DNA of 27,857 bases from a virus (Duplodnaviria; Caudoviricetes), in IMG/VR virus record IMGVR_UViG_3300035049_000578, positions 1 through 27,857 of that record; one strand, 5' to 3'. Under the pieces are notes generated by a model that was not told the DNA's origin, did not search any database, and was given only the letters and a program-made list of their open reading frames with translations. The position numbers and the translations under genes were made by a program. Positions 26,943-27,857 of the stretch are shown here, one piece after another (position 1 is the first letter of the stretch; the number at the start of each line of letters is the position of its first letter).

Positions 26943-27176
26943 ATGACAACAGAACAAGATTTATATCCGTTTCCGGCAACGGTTGATGAGGTGATTGACC
27001 GGGCAGCAAAACATTTACCGGAAGGATATTCAATCAAAATAGAGATTGAGAAAGATGGTTACAACGTCGGCCTTGAGCGCCCTGACGGATCGGAGGTCAA
27101 CTCTGTGGATGGCGGAGACGGAATAAGGTCAGATATTAATGAGGCTATCTGCATCGCTAATGGATTTGTGGATTAG
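26943..27176 (+). CDS. Hypothetical phage protein
   Basis: GGAGG RBS, 77 aa. Confidence 0.75.
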   Translation: MTTEQDLYPFPATVDEVIDRAAKHLPEGYSIKIEIEKDGYNVGLERPDGSEVNSVDGGDGIRSDINEAICIANGFVD

Positions 27177-27397
27177 CCCCTGATCAAAAGACCACGAAGA
27201 AACGACAAAAAACACCGGTTCGTCGGCTTTGATTCCTTTTGCCTGTCCTGGCTGCATCGGTTTTTCGAGGATTCTACCCCGGAGCCGGGACCGCAGGTGA
27301 TAATGGGCAGGTCCGCAGTTATCCGGAATATCCGGACAACTTACAAACAGCCCATGGCCCGGGCCGGGTTCCGGCGTGGGCAGAGGAGGGAGAAGTG

Positions 27398-27721
27398 ATG
27401 CAAGAGCACCGCATAGTGACACATCTGACAGAATTGCCCGGCGAACCGAACCCATGGAGTGCGTTCATTTTTCAGCCAGATTCGCCCGACCAAACGCCTG
27501 ACGATTACATTGCATCGAATTGCGGGATGTTGGATACCTTTGACTTGATTGCGTTTGGGAAAACAGAAGCCGAAGCCGTTTTCAATCTTTTCAAAAAGCA
27601 GGAGCCAGTCAAGAAGGCAGACAAGGACGTTAAGGAAATTTTTCATAAAAACAGCAGCTTTGGTCCGGGATATCAACCTCGCCAAGGAGGGTACCCCGGC
27701 ACACCCCCTGGTGATGAATAA
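27398..27721 (+). CDS. Hypothetical phage protein
   Basis: GAGGAGGGAG RBS before ATG 27398 (MQEHRIV...). Confidence 0.65.
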   Translation: MQEHRIVTHLTELPGEPNPWSAFIFQPDSPDQTPDDYIASNCGMLDTFDLIAFGKTEAEAVFNLFKKQEPVKKADKDVKEIFHKNSSFGPGYQPRQGGYPGTPPGDE

Positions 27722-27747
27722 ATTAATTTAAGAGGAGATTAACTTGA

Positions 27748-27857
27748 ATGGAAGAGTATCAAAAAAGAGTCGTGATTGAAAAGCACGGACTTGATGACAA
27801 GATAGAAAGACTCGCGGCCTTTATGGGTAGTGAAGCATTTATGAAATTGAATGATAT
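27748..27857 (+). CDS. Small phage protein, crAss001_48-like, partial
   Basis: GAGGAG RBS; MEEYQKRVVIEKHGLDDKIERLAAF matches the remembered YQ.R...E...L..K..KL..F pattern. Confidence 0.65.
   Translation, partial: MEEYQKRVVIEKHGLDDKIERLAAFMGSEAFMKLND

Larger units (their letters stand above)
1..27857. mobile_element. Temperate prophage (myovirus-type tail, lambda-like head, P4/D5-type replication), partial, probably decaying
   Basis: Continuous run of terminase, portal, capsid, sheath, tube, tape measure, baseplate, helicase/primase and repressor/cro genes; several genes broken; both ends continue outside the window. Confidence 0.97.

Noticed and set aside
26498-27176. Genome-wide TAG recoding
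   Set aside because: TAG ends full-length genes here (terL, tail chaperone, 22967-23242)

Overview
The whole window is part of a temperate tailed prophage with a lambda-like head (GpA terminase, lambda-type portal, protease-capsid fusion) and a contractile P2/Mu-like tail. From about 24040 leftward everything is on the minus strand: cro-like gene, truncated rha, small early genes, D5/SF3 helicase, primase, a C4/ash-like antisense-RNA locus with a Bro-N antirepressor, terminase, head, tail and baseplate genes (baseplate J runs off the left edge). From 24176 rightward on the plus strand are a frameshifted HTH repressor, a frameshifted Ltp-like protein, a structured leader RNA, a broken exonuclease/C5-methyltransferase fusion and small early genes. 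No integrase or lysis genes are recognisable in the window. Main unexplained signals: (1) a 32-nt direct repeat that makes the two divergent early transcripts complementary, placed so that pairing would open a hairpin hiding the start of a leader peptide that crosses a terminator (candidate RNA-RNA switch); (2) an exact 94-bp piece of the helicase gene copied in frame into a zinc-ribbon gene between the terminase genes; (3) a Bro-N antirepressor carrying a paralogue of the helicase's winged-helix domain, beside two origin-like iteron regions; (4) matching +1 A frameshifts in both lysogeny genes. All family assignments come from motif recognition by eye, not database searches.
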